DNA of 64,000 nt. Source: the human T2T-CHM13v2.0 reference genome, Homo sapiens. Shown here piece by piece: positions 31,281 through 46,562 of this stretch (positions are counted from its first letter, which is position 1; each line of letters starts with the position of its first letter). Made by a program: the position numbers and the translations under genes. The notes below the pieces were generated by a model, which was not told where the DNA came from, ran no database searches, and was given only the letters and a program-made list of their open reading frames with translations. The stretch lies in assembly GCF_009914755.1 (NCBI RefSeq), contig NC_060937.1; one strand, given 5' to 3'.

Positions 31281-32123
31281 AAGAAAGGAAATTTTTAAAT
31301 AACAGATAGCGGAAAGAGAAGTTTTGGATCCAAGCCCAATCTCTTACCACATGAACTTGATCAAGTCACCTAACCTCTCTAAGCTTTAGATGTGTTTCTG
31401 TGAAATGGAGCAATAATAGCTGCCTTGTAGGTAGACTGTTAGAGTTTGGAATACTCCCATCAGTCTCGTAATGAACAATGAGTTATCTACAGTCTCCCCA
31501 AATCACAAACAACGCATTCACCTTCAATGTGTTATATACAGTTTAAATCTCATAAATTATGTCTCCAGATAACTACATCAGATACTCTTCTAGTTCAGGA
31601 GACAGTAAACTGAAGCGCCATCTTTATTATTTTGTATGGTGTTGTTGATTCTCAACAGACATGTCTCAGGTTAATTCTACCCAACCACCTAAGATTAATG
31701 TGACAGCGTGTTGACTGATTTGACACATATGTAACTTTATTATATTTCTGTTTGCACTGGTTGTGTCCAAATTTAGGACGAAGTGATTTTAAATATCTGA
31801 ATGGCATCATCTTTTCTTCTGTGAAGTACTTTTTATCATCATTTCCAGGACTCCTCTCCAGTCCTCTAATGTATCCTAATAGTTACTTCACTATGATACA
31901 ATACCTACTACATGTAATGTAATCCAAAGTACATATTGTCTACCTTTTTTTCTCTTTAAATTTTTGAGACAAGTATTTACTTTCTATATCCCACATATCA
32001 TTGGTTTTGGCCCCAGAATCTCAACCAGATATTCAAGAAAAATAAATCCACATGAAATCATAGAATCTCAGTATTGGAAGTGCCCCTGGCAATCACTTAG
32101 TTTCACCTTTTAGCAATGTTTAA

Positions 32124-32462
<339 letters not shown>

Positions 32463-32624
32463 TGAGTATCCATTTTTTAATAAAATGCATGATGATTAAT
32501 GCTTGTTGGAGACAAGAGCTTCCAACTTTGTCATCTAACACACAGAAAATGTGGCATTTTTGAACTTGTCAAATCATGCTCAACAGATGACATAGCATCT
32601 ACGTGCATATTTCAAAACTCTAAA

Positions 32625-34890
32625 CTGGGGATTGGCAAATTGTGGCCCCAGGATCAAATTCAGCCTGCCACCTGCCTTTATATGGCCTGTGAAACAAGAA
32701 TGGGTTTTACATTTTTAAATAATTTTTTAAAAGTCAAAAGAAGAATGATATTTTGTGTCACATAAAAATTATGCAAAAGTCAAATTTTAGTGTCCATAAA
32801 TGAAATTTCTCGAAACACAACCACACTCATTAATTTCCATATTGTCTATGGCTGCCTTCCCATTACAATGGCAGAGCTGAGTAGCTGTGACAGAATCTGT
32901 AGGTGGTGCCCCATTCACTTCACATTGCTGTTAAGTACAGTACTAATAACAATGTCATAGTCATAACTCAACTGATTTTCAAGTGTCATATATGTTACTG
33001 TCCTGTGACATTTTATTTTAAAGTCCAGTTAAATATGACCAGTGCAAATCATGTCAAAACAAGAAAACAAAGCAAAAGTAGACTTTGAGTGTTACACGTT
33101 TAAGGAACAGTTGAGTGAAATTAGATGGCAAAGCATCATGTTTATTATGCAAAGACTTTTAGCTGTGCTAAAATAATACAACATACTTCAACATTACTGG
33201 AGCTAGCACTCGTCACAGTATCTCCAGCTTGTGGGAGAGCAGCAATGAGGAAAATCAGAAAAGTTAAGACAAAATATATAGCAGAATTTCTTCACAAAAA
33301 TAAACAAACTGAAAACCAAAAAGGTTTTATTTGTTAGCCATGCAAGGAAACCTGTTTACTAGTGGTGATGTAATTAAATTGTGTTTGACACAATTGCAAA
33401 GAAATGTGTCCAGAGAAAATAAATTTACTTAAGACTATTAGCCTCTGGGTGAGAACACTTGCTCAAAAAGTTGAGGACATTAAGAGCAGCATCAATGGTC
33501 AATTAAAATAAAAGGCAAATGATTTTGAATAGTTTTCCTTGGCTCTTCATGAACTGATGGATGTCAGAGATACCACTTGGTTGTTATTTATTCAAGGACA
33601 CAATGCTGAGTTTAAAGTGATGGAAGAATTAGCCTCTATGAATAGTCTGCATGTAGTAACTACAGACAAGAATATTTTCAAAGAGCATGAGAGAACACTA
33701 ATTCAATAAAATCTGGAAGGAAATTTGCTAAGATATGTTAAAACTGATAGTGTTAAAAATACATATGGGGAAGAAAAACATTTAGTTGAACAAATTTAGA
33801 AAGTTTGTGAAAATACAGTGTTTACAGCTGGTGATTATTTATTATATTATTCACCAACAGGTGCTTTGCAGAAAATAAATTAATCTACCATGTGCTTTTG
33901 AACTAGTAGTATAAATTTCACGTGCTCTTTTGAGCTAACCATGATCAGTTCCATGATTTTATTTGGTCAAAAATAGAAGCTAAATATTCCGACTTGCCCT
34001 ACCACCCAGGAATTTGATGGTTTAGCAGTAAGAAAGTTTAACTGTGATTTTTTTTTAAGCCCAGGACCAAGATTGATTTTTTTCTGCAAGAAGGATTCTC
34101 AATCACTATTATGAAAAACCGAATGGCTTTGGAAGTTAGCCTTTGCTGCAGACTTGAAAATGTTTCTTCATAAACTCACCCTAACATTGCAAGGTCAAAT
34201 AGCACTACATGAGAAATTTATACTTCAGTGAAGACATTTTGACAAAAACTAACATTGTTTAAATCACCAGTAATGTTAAGCTGCTTTATACATGTCCCAT
34301 TCTGTCAAAGGTTAAAATAAAGAGCAAGATCTTCATTCCTACAAAAATACATAGTGCATGTATCTTTTGACCCCCTACTACAGTTCAAGTAACATTTTCC
34401 AAACATGGTACAAGTATGAAGGAAATTTCTATGTTTCAAAAAATCCATTTAAATATATAATTCAGGAGCTTCTGCCTAGTACTCAACTTGAAGTTAATAA
34501 TCTGAGATGTAATCACATCCTAAAATGCAAATATCAGGAAAAAACATAATAGAATTCTTATATAAATTATTTCCAAGTGATAAATAAGCTCAGTTAAAGT
34601 CAGATGCTAAAAATAAACACGTGTCTGTCTAAAAGCACATTTTCCAAGATGAAATAGATAAAATATCATACACATTTTACAAATCAACATTAACAGATAA
34701 ACATGTGCAATCAATTTTGATCATAGGAAACACTAATTTTGAACCCCAATTAAATAAAATATTATCCCCACAAAAGAATTGTATTCTCATTAGTAGACGT
34801 ATGTTACACAAAAGTTATACTCAATTATTACTATATTTTAAATTTGATCAATAAAAATTTCATTAAAAATTTACTTTTTTATTATTCAAG
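32625..34890 (+). mobile_element. Cheshire/Charlie-type hAT DNA transposon with a dead transposase
   Basis: MER58B-like left end CTGGGGATTGGCAAATTGTGGCCC; frame from 33401 reads EMCPEKINLLKTISL..*..FSLALHELMDVRDTTWLLFIQG..EELASMNSLH..VKTDS, then IIHQQVL; many stops. Confidence 0.85.
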
Positions 34891-34892
34891 AG

Positions 34893-35075
34893 CAATTGTT
34901 CCCTCAGTATCCATAGGGGATTGTTCCAGGACACTCATGGGTACCAAAGTCACTGGATACTCAAGTTCTTGATATAAAGGGATACAACATTTACATATAA
35001 TCTACCCACATCTTCCCATACGCTTTAAATCCTCTCTAGATTACTTCAAATACCTAATACAATGTAAATGCTATG
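34893..35075 (+). mobile_element. MER2 (Tigger-family MITE) left part
   Basis: CCCTCAGTATCCATAGGGGATTGTTCCAGGAC...CTCTAGATTACTT..TACCTAATACAATGTAAATGCTATGTA. Confidence 0.85.
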
Positions 35076-35315
35076 TATTGTAGTCTGTTTTGTGTAGCTA
35101 TAAAGGAATACCTGAGCCTGGGTAATTTATAAAGAAAGAAAGGTTTACTTGGCTCACAATTCTGATGTCTGGAAAAGTTCAAGATTGGACATTTGCATCT
35201 GGTTAGGGCCTCAGGCTGTTTCTACTCATGGTAGAAGGTGAAAGGGAGACGGTGTCTGCAAAGATCACGTGGCGAGAGGCACAGTGGAGGTACGAGGCTC
35301 TTTTTAACAATCAGG
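35074..35315 (-). mobile_element. MST (MaLR) LTR fragment
   Basis: GCTATAAAGGAATACCTGAG..GGGTAATTTATAAAGAAA..GGCTCACAATTCTG. Confidence 0.8.
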
Positions 35316-36039
35316 TCAATGGATTGGTAACCAATGGATAAGAATGGTCTTGTAATTATACAGAGCTTTGCAATGAGTTGAGAGAGAACTTTTGATTGTT
35401 ATGATGATGATACTTCTTATAATTTTGTTATAGTGTTATGAATAAATTACTCTCTTAAATACTCTTGGAAATAAACTCAATATAAATAAATAATAAAAGT
35501 AATTACAAACAATTTCTAAAAAATTAATTCTGCCAACTTTTCCATTAAGAGTTCATAGATACAAAGAACATATGGATGCTAGAACATGCTTGTTTGTTTG
35601 CTTATTTGTTTCATGCAATAATAAATTGTTTTCATCAAGCCTAATTTTAACACTGCATTTTAAATAAGCTTATTTTCTGATATATGTTTATATTTCTAAT
35701 GGAAAATTGTATTCTAAAAAATCGAAGTAAAATTAAATCATATTGTTAAGAATAATGTCATTTCCTGCATTATATTTACATAATAGATTAAGCACAATTA
35801 GGCCATTTGAAGTACTTGCAAATTATCTCTTTCTCTTGTCTATTTTATACCTATCCATCTCTCTATTTTGTAACTGCCTCTCTCTCCATCCCTGCTTCCA
35901 CTGTTTTTTTCTTTAAAATCTTATTATTTTTCCTTGGAAATGGTCTCTGAATCACTCTGATTGTATTCAATAAATTTTTATTAAATGTTCAATGACTAAA
36001 TCAGAACTGGGTCACTGTTGGAAGCACAATTATCAGGCT

Positions 36040-36640
36040 GGCTTCCCTCACTCCATTAACTGAACTCCCATCCATCCAAATACACAAAACGACCTTTCTA
36101 AAATCCTAAACAAATCTTGTCACTCCCTGGTATAATAATCTATTTTCAATGCCTTCCATTTAAAACCCTGGGTGCTTAACATGACACATAAGACCCTTTG
36201 TAATAATACCCAAGCCTACTTCAGCCTCATTTCCTGCAACTCCTGCATGTTTCCCCTGTAGCCATTCTCAGTGTCCCCAAAGCATCAGGATTCTTTTTTT
36301 GTTTTTTCATTTGGTGTCTTTGCTCATATGGTTCACTCTCGTTTTATTCAGGCCCTCTATTTTTCTCTTTCACTTTTTGAATAACTCTTCCTTATTTTTA
36401 AAGGCCTTGTCATCTGGATAAATTTCTCTCTGTCTATGCTCTCTGCCCCCAATTTAAGTGATTTCTCATGGCTCATATTATACTGATGCATAAGCATGTA
36501 TTAACTCATCTGGCGCCTTTACCAGTTCATAGGCTACTAGAAGGCATCCAGTCACTCCTTCGTCCATCCATTTATAAGTATTATGTTCCTACAGTTATTA
36601 TAGTGCCTGGAATATAATTAGTTCTCAAGTAAATATTTTC
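36040..36640 (+). mobile_element. L2 3' remnant
   Basis: Ends TAGTGCCTGGAATATAATTAGTTCTCAAGTAAATATTT, resembling the L2 3' end. Confidence 0.55.
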
Positions 36641-37223
36641 TCAGTAAAAGCCAGGCCATTGTAGTGAGTGAGGCATTGGGTTCAGTGGGCCAAAAAAATA
36701 ACTAATATTTACCCCAAACCTTCTCTGCTTAAAAAAGTCTTTTCACAGTTTATCTTCACGGCAATGCCATTAGACAGGTCTCATTGCTCCCATTTTACCA
36801 AATGAAGTACTGAAGTTAAATGGTGGACTCAAGGTTACTTAGCAAGGGAGTATTAGAACCAGGTCCAAAGACAGGTCTGTCAATCATACCTTTCTGCTCC
36901 CACAAATCCTCCCACTTGAGCTTTGACAAACCTGTTACTTTTTGCCTTGGTTCCCAACTTCCTAAATCTGGTTAATTTCATGAACTCACCTGGACCATGA
37001 TGTTCATGAGTTTATCCGCTGCTACTCATTACCATTTTCCAGAGAAAATGTTTTATCCCCAAGGAAGTATTCTAGGGTAACTATTTTGAGGCAAATTGGG
37101 GAGATATTTGGGAGTCATCATACTCTTTCAAGGCTCTAGGAATTAGGAAAGAAGCTGTCTGGTTCAGTTAGTGGGAGTCAGGTGTGTGATCTTACATAAA
37201 AATTAACTCTAAGATTATACATT

Positions 37224-37522
37224 GGCAGGGCGTGGTGGCTCATGTCTCTAATCCCAGTACTTTGGGAGGTGGAGGCAGAAGAATTACTTGAGCCCAGGAG
37301 TTTGAGACCAGCCTGAACAACATAGTGAGATCTTATCTCTACAAAAAATAATAAAGTAGCTGGAATAGTGGCACATGCATGTACTCCCAGCTACTGGGGA
37401 GGCTGAGGTGGGAGACTCACTTGTGCCTAGGAGTTGGAGGCTGCTGTGAGCCATGACTGCACCACTGTACTCCAGCCTGGACAACAGAGTGAGATTCTGT
37501 CTCAAAGAAAAGAAAAGAAAGA
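37224..37522 (+). mobile_element. AluJ
   Basis: Diverged Alu, TSD AAGATTATA(C/T)ATT. Confidence 0.92.
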
Positions 37523-37879
37523 TTATATATTGACATCCTTACTAATAAATTGATGACAACCCTGAGGAATAGTATGCAGTCTATATAGCAGGCCCAGAAT
37601 AAAGACAAGGACCACATCCTCAGACCTTTTTGCTAACGCTTCCCCCAGAAATAAATAGAAATATTTTACAGGAAAAAAAATTATGGTAACTGCCATTTGT
37701 AATATTAATGTCTATCTCATCCCTTATTTATTGAGCACTATGTGCTAGGTAATGTGGTAGGCATTTATTTTTTACATAAACCTCTACAGGAGGTACTATT
37801 TTCCAAATTACTTTGAACCCTGGAGTTGGCAAGTTTCAATTTTAAAATGTGTAAAATTTGTATAATAATACCTCTACCA

Positions 37880-38252
<373 letters not shown>

Positions 38253-38335
38253 TTATAGGGTCTTAGCCTTCTTAGAAAATGAAGCACCATTGATTAGAAA
38301 CTTTGCACCATGGGAAGAGAAATGGAAGGGAAATA

Positions 38336-38402
38336 TGTATATGTGTGTGCATGCATGTGTATATGTTTATGTGATGTGTGTGTGTGTGTGTGTGTGTATG
38401 TA
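38336..38402 (+). repeat. Imperfect (TG)n/(TA)n repeat
   Basis: Alternating purine-pyrimidine tract. Confidence 0.9.
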
Positions 38403-38640
38403 GGGGTGAAAGACTACATCACAGTCAGGAGCTCTGGAAGTAATGGAATGTCTGATGATGGCCATGAGATGGGGCAGATTTACCTCTGTTTATCCTGCCT
38501 TCCTCTAGACCACCATCGTGAATGTGGAAGAGACATTCACATACCCTCAGGGGGCTCCTTGCTGTGGTGGGATGCAGCCAATGCTCTCAGTACCTCTTTC
38601 TACTTTTTATTAGAGAGAAATAAGAAGTTAGGTCATTGAA

Positions 38641-38973
<333 letters not shown>

Positions 38974-39054
38974 CTACAGACTACCTCAGAGAGATACAGT
39001 GCCCTCAGAAAGCACATTCTTTTGGGTTTCTAATACAATAGAATCAATGTATTA

Positions 39055-39208
39055 TTTTTTTTTTGTTTTTAGTTTTTAGATACAAGATTTTGCTACATTG
39101 CCCAGGCTGGACTCAAAGTCCTGGGCTCAAGGGATCCTCCAGCCTTCCCCATACCTGGGACTACAGGTGCACACCACCAAGTAGTGGCACACCGTTTGGT
39201 GCCCGACC
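39055..39208 (-). mobile_element. FLAM
   Basis: Single diverged antisense monomer. Confidence 0.75.
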
Positions 39209-39711
39209 AAGAACCAATATATTATTGAAGAAATAAAGGATTCGTTGACATGCATCACAGACACACATCAAAAATTTGTACACTTAGATCATTTTTTTAA
39301 AATCTTTTTGTCGTACTCCTCTGCCTTTAACTATAATTTTTAAAAATACTAAATAAATGATATGCTTGGGAAGAAAAGCAAATACTACCAAACTATGTAA
39401 GGCAAATGATGAAAATGGCTCCATCACCTTCCTTGTTCCTGTCTCCTCACCTACCACATCCTCATGCTCATGAGCTGGCCCATAGCTCTCCAGCACACCT
39501 CTGTGTGTAAATGAGCTTGCATAGATTTTTTTTAAATGATACTATTCTATACATATTATTTGCTGCTTGCTCTTTTCATTCAAAAATGATCACAATTATC
39601 TTTCCTCGCATATAGATCCACCCAATCTTTTTCTCTTTCCTTTTTCCTTTTTCTTAATGTAGTGCAATTTATTTAACTCTCCCTACTGATGTTTGTTTTA
39701 TTTGTCTACAG

Positions 39712-40242
39712 CAGTGGTCCCCCACCTTTTTGGCAACAGGGACTGATTTTGTGGAAGACAATTTTTCCATGAATGGGGGCAGGAGCAGGGGATAGTTTCG
39801 GGATGATTCAAGCACATTACATTTGTTGTGTATTTTATTACTATTATTATTACATTGTAAGATATAATGAAATAATTCTGCAACTCACCATAATGTAGAG
39901 TCAGTGGGAGCCCTGAACTTGTCTTCCTGCAAATAGATGGTCCCATCTGGGGGTGATGAGAGACACCGACAGATCATCAGGCATTAGATTATCATAAGGA
40001 GTGCATAATCTAGATCCCTCACATGCGCAGTTCACAATAGGATTCAGTCTCCTATGAGAATCTAATGCCACCACTGATCTGACAGGAGACAGAGTTCAGA
40101 CGCTAATGCAAGAGATGAGGACCAGCTGTAAATACAGATGAAGCTTCGCTCGCTAGCCCACCACTCACCTCCAGCTGTGCAGCCCAGTTACTAACAGGCC
40201 ACAGATCACCACCAGTACGTGGCCTGGTTTTGGGGACCCCTG
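39712..40242 (+). mobile_element. MER1A (hAT-Charlie), full length
   Basis: Terminal inverted repeats CAGTGGTCCCC / GGGGACCCCTG; 531 bp; 8-bp TSD GTCTACAG / GTCTGCAG. Confidence 0.92.
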
Positions 40243-41229
40243 GTCTGCAGTATTTTATAATTTAAAAAAATCTGAGCAGAACCTATTTGAGCTCTGGATT
40301 TGTCTTTGGATTAACGTTTCTAACAGGATTTATTGCTAAAAACAAAATTTCATGGACAAAGGATACTTGCAGTTGAGATAAGATTTTCAAAGGTTTTATA
40401 CAAATCTACATAAATGTTAGAAAAGGATCTCTGAGAAAATTTTTAAGTCCACAAGGATTATTTCTGTGAATGTTTACGAATATAATTTTGATAAATATAA
40501 GAAATGTGAATAACAAAGATGTGCATGTAACCATTAGAAACAGAAAAAATGGAATATATATAAACAGAAAAATTAGCCCTTGTTATTACCCTAATTTTTT
40601 CATTGTCACAATCTACTTTGCTTTTATAAACCAATAGTTTTTATAAACCTTTAAAATTTGATATATAAATCTAAGACTATCTTTAAATATAGTGGCTATA
40701 TTCTTGAATCTAGTATCACAAATAAAGAATATTAGATTTGAATTTTAGAGACTTAGAATAGTATAAGCTATATTTAAGAAGACATTTAAGACAGTTAACA
40801 GTATTTATAATTTTGTCTGGAGGAAACATTATTCTTAAGGTATTTATTACCAAATTTACTTAAAATGCCCCCAACATAAAATATTCTAGAAAAACCTAGT
40901 CAGGTTTCTGCAGAAAGTATTTAGTTTATACTGTAGCTACTATGACGGTTTGCACATTACATTTATTTAGGATCACATGCTTACTGAGATGTAAATTACT
41001 TTCACAATTTTTTTGGTCTTATTTATTTTTGCCTCTCCCAGCTTCCATCACTGAATGAAATCGAGGCATCAAACATTGGTTTCATGTATTTTTTTTGTAG
41101 CAACAACTGTAGAAATTGTGTATGATGAAAAGGTCTTAACTACTGCTTAAAGAGAAAAAGAAATTGTGTGGTTTATTTTTAAAGGGTGCACTCACACACT
41201 CACAAAGTAGTGGGGTTGAAAGGAGAGAA

Positions 41230-41960
41230 AAAAGAGTAAAAGTTCATTGGAACCCAATGATTTATTGGGAAAGGCTCAGCGAGCTCACATAAAAACCAAA
41301 GGGGGGAAGTGGTCGGACATTGGGTCAAATCTCCATTCACATGTTGTGTAATAAAAGGCTGACTGTAGCCTTTCAGCCTTGCTTCTAGTCATAGACAATG
41401 GCAATTGCAGAGCAAGACTAATAACAGGATTTAGCATAAATCCACCACAGGAAGTGAACAGTTGTACTGGCAAATAATTAGCCAGGAAACATTTTATAGC
41501 AGCATCAGGATGCGTCCGTGAGCTTTCAAACTCTCAATGCATTTGTGATCATGAAAACATAATTAGTTCTCAGCGATTGTAATTTTTGTGTGTGTTTGTT
41601 GTAAGATGGTTCCTTTCCCCTCCTTTCTTTTCACAAACAGGCCTTATTTTTCCTATCCTAATTTAGCAGCCCCAGTGAGGGTTTTGAAGTCTCAAGGGAG
41701 GGGTTTAGAATGTTCTCTTTTTTCTCCTGCTGATGCTTTTTTATTGCAAGGTGGATGGTGTTTATTTTGCACAGCTAACAAGTGAGTTCAAAGCAATACG
41801 TTGCTCTTGAACTTTTGCCAGATTCCCAAAGCTGAAAGCTCCCCTGCGTGGTAGAACCGACCTGTACTATCAAAGCCTGACTAATTTGCAAAGGAATGTC
41901 AAAATGACTGGTGCACTGCATTTTCCACCACCCGCTTCATTTGACACTTAAAGGAAAGCT
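41230..41960. promoter_or_regulatory. Candidate enhancer (PBX-HOX/ETS/MEIS motif cluster)
   Basis: TGATTTATTGG 41258, CATAAAA 41288, GTAATAAAA 41348, ACAGGAAGTG 41447, TGTCA/TGACA at about 41897 and 41942, in repeat-free DNA. Confidence 0.35.
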
Positions 41961-42754
41961 AAGTGGGAGTGTAAAAGGAAGGAAATTCATTCAAGGAAGC
42001 GTACCTTATAATGTGTGAATTAATTTCAGAAGAGAATGAGAGCTCATTGCCGAGTACTTGCATTTTCATCTTCTGTGCTCTTTGTTGTAGTTACTGTTTT
42101 TGTAAGGGTTGCTAATAAACATTATGCTTCTGTTCTCACATCATCCATATTAGGAGGAAATGCTGTCATTAGACTTGGCTTTGAAATCCTTTGTGTCAAA
42201 GTGTCTACATGAAGCTGCTTCATCTGATTTAGTCACACCAGTCAAAGAGCGGCCTCATGAAGACAAACACTTGGTCCAGGGCGATATTTTTTTCGCCTTT
42301 CAACACTCTAAAAAATCATTTCCTCAGAACCAAGAGAATTACATATATGAACAAATATAAATTGTTTTTAGAGGAGACAAGACTGATAAATAAAGTCCTA
42401 CACTTCACATTTAAAAGCATAATTCAGGGATGATATTTGAAAATGGAATTCAGCTCACCTAAAAATTACGCTGAAACAAAGGTCACAGAGAATCAGATCA
42501 AATAGGAGACTTTGATTTAATTTAGTCTAATTCTAATCTCTGTGTTCCAATTGCATTTTATAACCTCGAATTTTATTTAAAACTTATATTGAAAATATGA
42601 CATTGACATATTCACCCAAATAAGTTCATCTGCAAATCATTTCTTTAAGCATTGACCCTAAAATTTCATTACTATTTCTGATTGTTTTCCCGGGGAGTTT
42701 GCTGTGATTTATATAAATTGCCATTGTCATCAGCCAGGTGAACAGAAACCTTAC

Positions 42755-42814
42755 CTTCAAAATTGTTTTCCTTGCTTGAGTTTTGACCATGAATTTCTTA
42801 ATGTTCCCTTCTAC
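42755..42814 (-). other. Candidate 60-nt cassette exon
   Basis: TTCAGTTTTAG| ... AAG|GTAAGG; open in frame 0 as VEGNIKKFMVKTQARKTILK; peptide not recognised. Confidence 0.2.
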
Positions 42815-43254
42815 CTAAAACTGAACTCCATATCTCAGCATGGTTTTGACCACTAAATGTGTACCTTATCTCTGTTACCAAAATCTGAGGTAATCTGGCA
42901 ATGCGTCAGTTACTTGGAAGTGAGCTACTAAGGTACAGTCATGTAGTAGTTGTCTAAAAAGTGAGTGAACGTCAAACTGAAGGCCATGCTGCTAAAGGAT
43001 GAAGGCCAGAGTCACATGGATCCAGGTTTGCATTACAGCTTTAGCACTTACCAGTTCTATGGCCACTGCTAATTAATTACCTTTCAAAGGCTTAGCTTCC
43101 TCATGTGTAAAATGAGGCTAATTTTACCACCTAACCTGTGGTTTATTGTCCTCCGTACTGTGAATGTCAAACAATAAACACTTAATAAATGTTATCTATT
43201 ACAAAATCAAAGCAGTTTGGAAATAATATGCTGCAAGAATCAGGAATTCCTTCA

Positions 43255-43696
<442 letters not shown>

Positions 43697-43704
43697 TTAT
43701 GGAA

Positions 43705-44030
43705 CAAAAAATCTGGAGGTAAGGAAAACTTCAAGTTTGGTATCATCAAATTTCCAGCTTTGTCTTGCAATGTTCTTGGTCTTTCCTGAGTTAGTTGTCT
43801 TCAGGATAGTGCCTCTCATAGTTGCAAAATAGCTGCCAGCAACAACCAGGACAACCCATGTCTTTGTTGAAATCTACCAGAAGAGAGAGGGGAGGAAAGT
43901 GCTCTTCAACCATAAAACTCTGTGCAGTATGACTGAGAAAAACTTAAGCTCCATACCCATCATATGTGTCATGATGGCAGACACCAGAGAAATATTTTGC
44001 CCTGATTGTCTTAAGCTTGGTTGTCAGAGC
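43705..44030 (-). mobile_element. Old MLT1/ERVL-type LTR remnant
   Basis: CTCATAGTTGCAAAATAGCTGCCAGCAAC motif typical of MLT1K/L/LTR33-like elements. Confidence 0.4.
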
Positions 44031-44040
44031 TAGTTTCTAG

Positions 44041-44397
<357 letters not shown>

Positions 44398-44410
44398 GGG
44401 AGAAGAGATT

Positions 44411-44820
<410 letters not shown>

Positions 44821-44981
44821 AGGGAGAAGAGATTTCTATGTTTGATCTATACCATTGAGGATCTCACCGTAGAGCTGAATTGAAAGTCATCTTCCCCTGA
44901 GTCATATGGGCTAGATGCAGAAGGATGGATGCATAGACAGAGTTGGGGTATTGTTAGGAAGGTTGAAAAAAGTTGTGGGGA

Positions 44982-45440
44982 TCTATTAGTCAGGGTCGCA
45001 GAAGAAAAGAAATGGCGCATTCAAACTGAATAGTTAGAGTTCTAATCACAAAGGTAAGGGCAGAGTTACTTCTATTAGTTACAACAACCAGGAATTGTTA
45101 CCAAGCCTAAACCTGAAGGGGTAGGGGAAGAAGTAGTTAGCACAACCCAGGAATAAAATGACTGTGAATGAGGACACCTGATAGGATTGTGACCTTTATC
45201 AGGGGACTCAACCAGTCCCCCAGCCATCTTAAACAACTTTACTGGGGATATTTCAAGGATTGTTGGGGTATCACTCTCCTTCCACCCCCTAATTTCTTCC
45301 TGGTGCCTCCTGTTGGTGGAACACAGCCAGAAGCCAGAGGGCATGAAAGTCTGCTGGTGGAGTTCAGGGAGGTCAGCATCCCAGGCACAGAGTGAGATGG
45401 GGGAAGAAAGGAAAGATAGCCAGAACAAGAACCTAGGACA
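44982..45440 (-). mobile_element. ERVL LTR (LTR41-like) remnant
   Basis: TATTAGTCAGGGTC start; GGTGCCTCCTGTTGG..CCAGAAGCCAGAGGGCA..GGTCAGC motifs. Confidence 0.55.
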
Positions 45441-46394
45441 GGCCACTTCTGGGTAAGCAAACAACAGAGTGTAAAAGTATTCTCTAAGACATCACAGAAA
45501 TACAAAAGAGAGAAAGAGGGGGAAAACAAAAAAATAGAAATATTAAAGAAGGGTGGAAGAAAAAAAGTTTTTTGGCAAACAGAAATAGGTTGGAAACTCA
45601 AGATTTAAGTGTGACTGCAAATGTGCAAAGATTGCACATTTTGCTAAGGAGAAGCGGATTAATATTTTCAGAAGCTGGAGAAAGCAATCAAAGACAACCT
45701 GCCTGGAAAGTAATACATTAATTCATCTTGCAAATATTTTTAAGTGCCTACTCAGAAAGGCAATATGAAGGGAAAGAGTACTTAAAAACTGGAATTTGGG
45801 GCTAGTTTTTCTGGTTTTGCATTGTGAAGTCACCACCACTTACTAGCAACCTCAGGCAACTTACTTCAACTCCCTGTATCTCCACTTCCTCATCTGTCAA
45901 GAGTGATATTAATGATACATTTCTGTTGGGATTCTTTGAGAATTAGATGGTCTGAAATAAAACATATAAAACACTTTGAACCACCAGGTACATACTAAAT
46001 GTAAAATAGATGTTAGTTTTTCTTATTACATTGTACTGGACACTGTGCTAGGTGTTATTTTAATCTTACCACCACAAAGCTTACTTTCTAGTAGCGACAT
46101 ATAATCCCTGTAAATAAGCATCATGACATGCTATAGATGGTATGATAAAAATGTGGCCATGTACAGATGGGTCAAAGAGAAAAAAGTGGTCAAGGAGTTT
46201 GGATCGGAGGTTTATTTAGGGGGTAGCCTCTAACTTGAGTCTTGAATGAAGATTAAGAATTTGCTAGGCAGGTTAGACTGGAGAAAAAAGCACTGTAATC
46301 AGAGGACATTACATGAACAAAGACATAAAGACTTGAAATAACATGGACTATTGGAGCAACTGAGTACTGAAGTTGGAGGAAGAAGGGAGAATTC

Positions 46395-46562
46395 TTTTTT
46401 TTTTTTTTGAGACAAGAGTCTCACTCTGTCGCCCAGGCTGGAGTGCAGTAGCATGATCTCAGCTCACTGCAGCCTCTGCCTCCCGGGTTCAAGCCTGCCT
46501 CAGTCTCCCGAGTAGCTGGGATTACAGGCGTGCACCACCAAACCCAGCTAATTTTTGTATTT
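46395..46562 (-). mobile_element. Alu right arm
   Basis: Antisense right monomer ending at the linker. Confidence 0.9.

Noticed and set aside
33050-34760. Possible domesticated transposase gene
   Set aside because: Multiple in-frame stops and frameshifts, and loss of the first catalytic aspartate
45075-45601. ORFs of 129 aa and 120 aa
   Set aside because: They overlap an ERVL LTR remnant and show no recognisable domain
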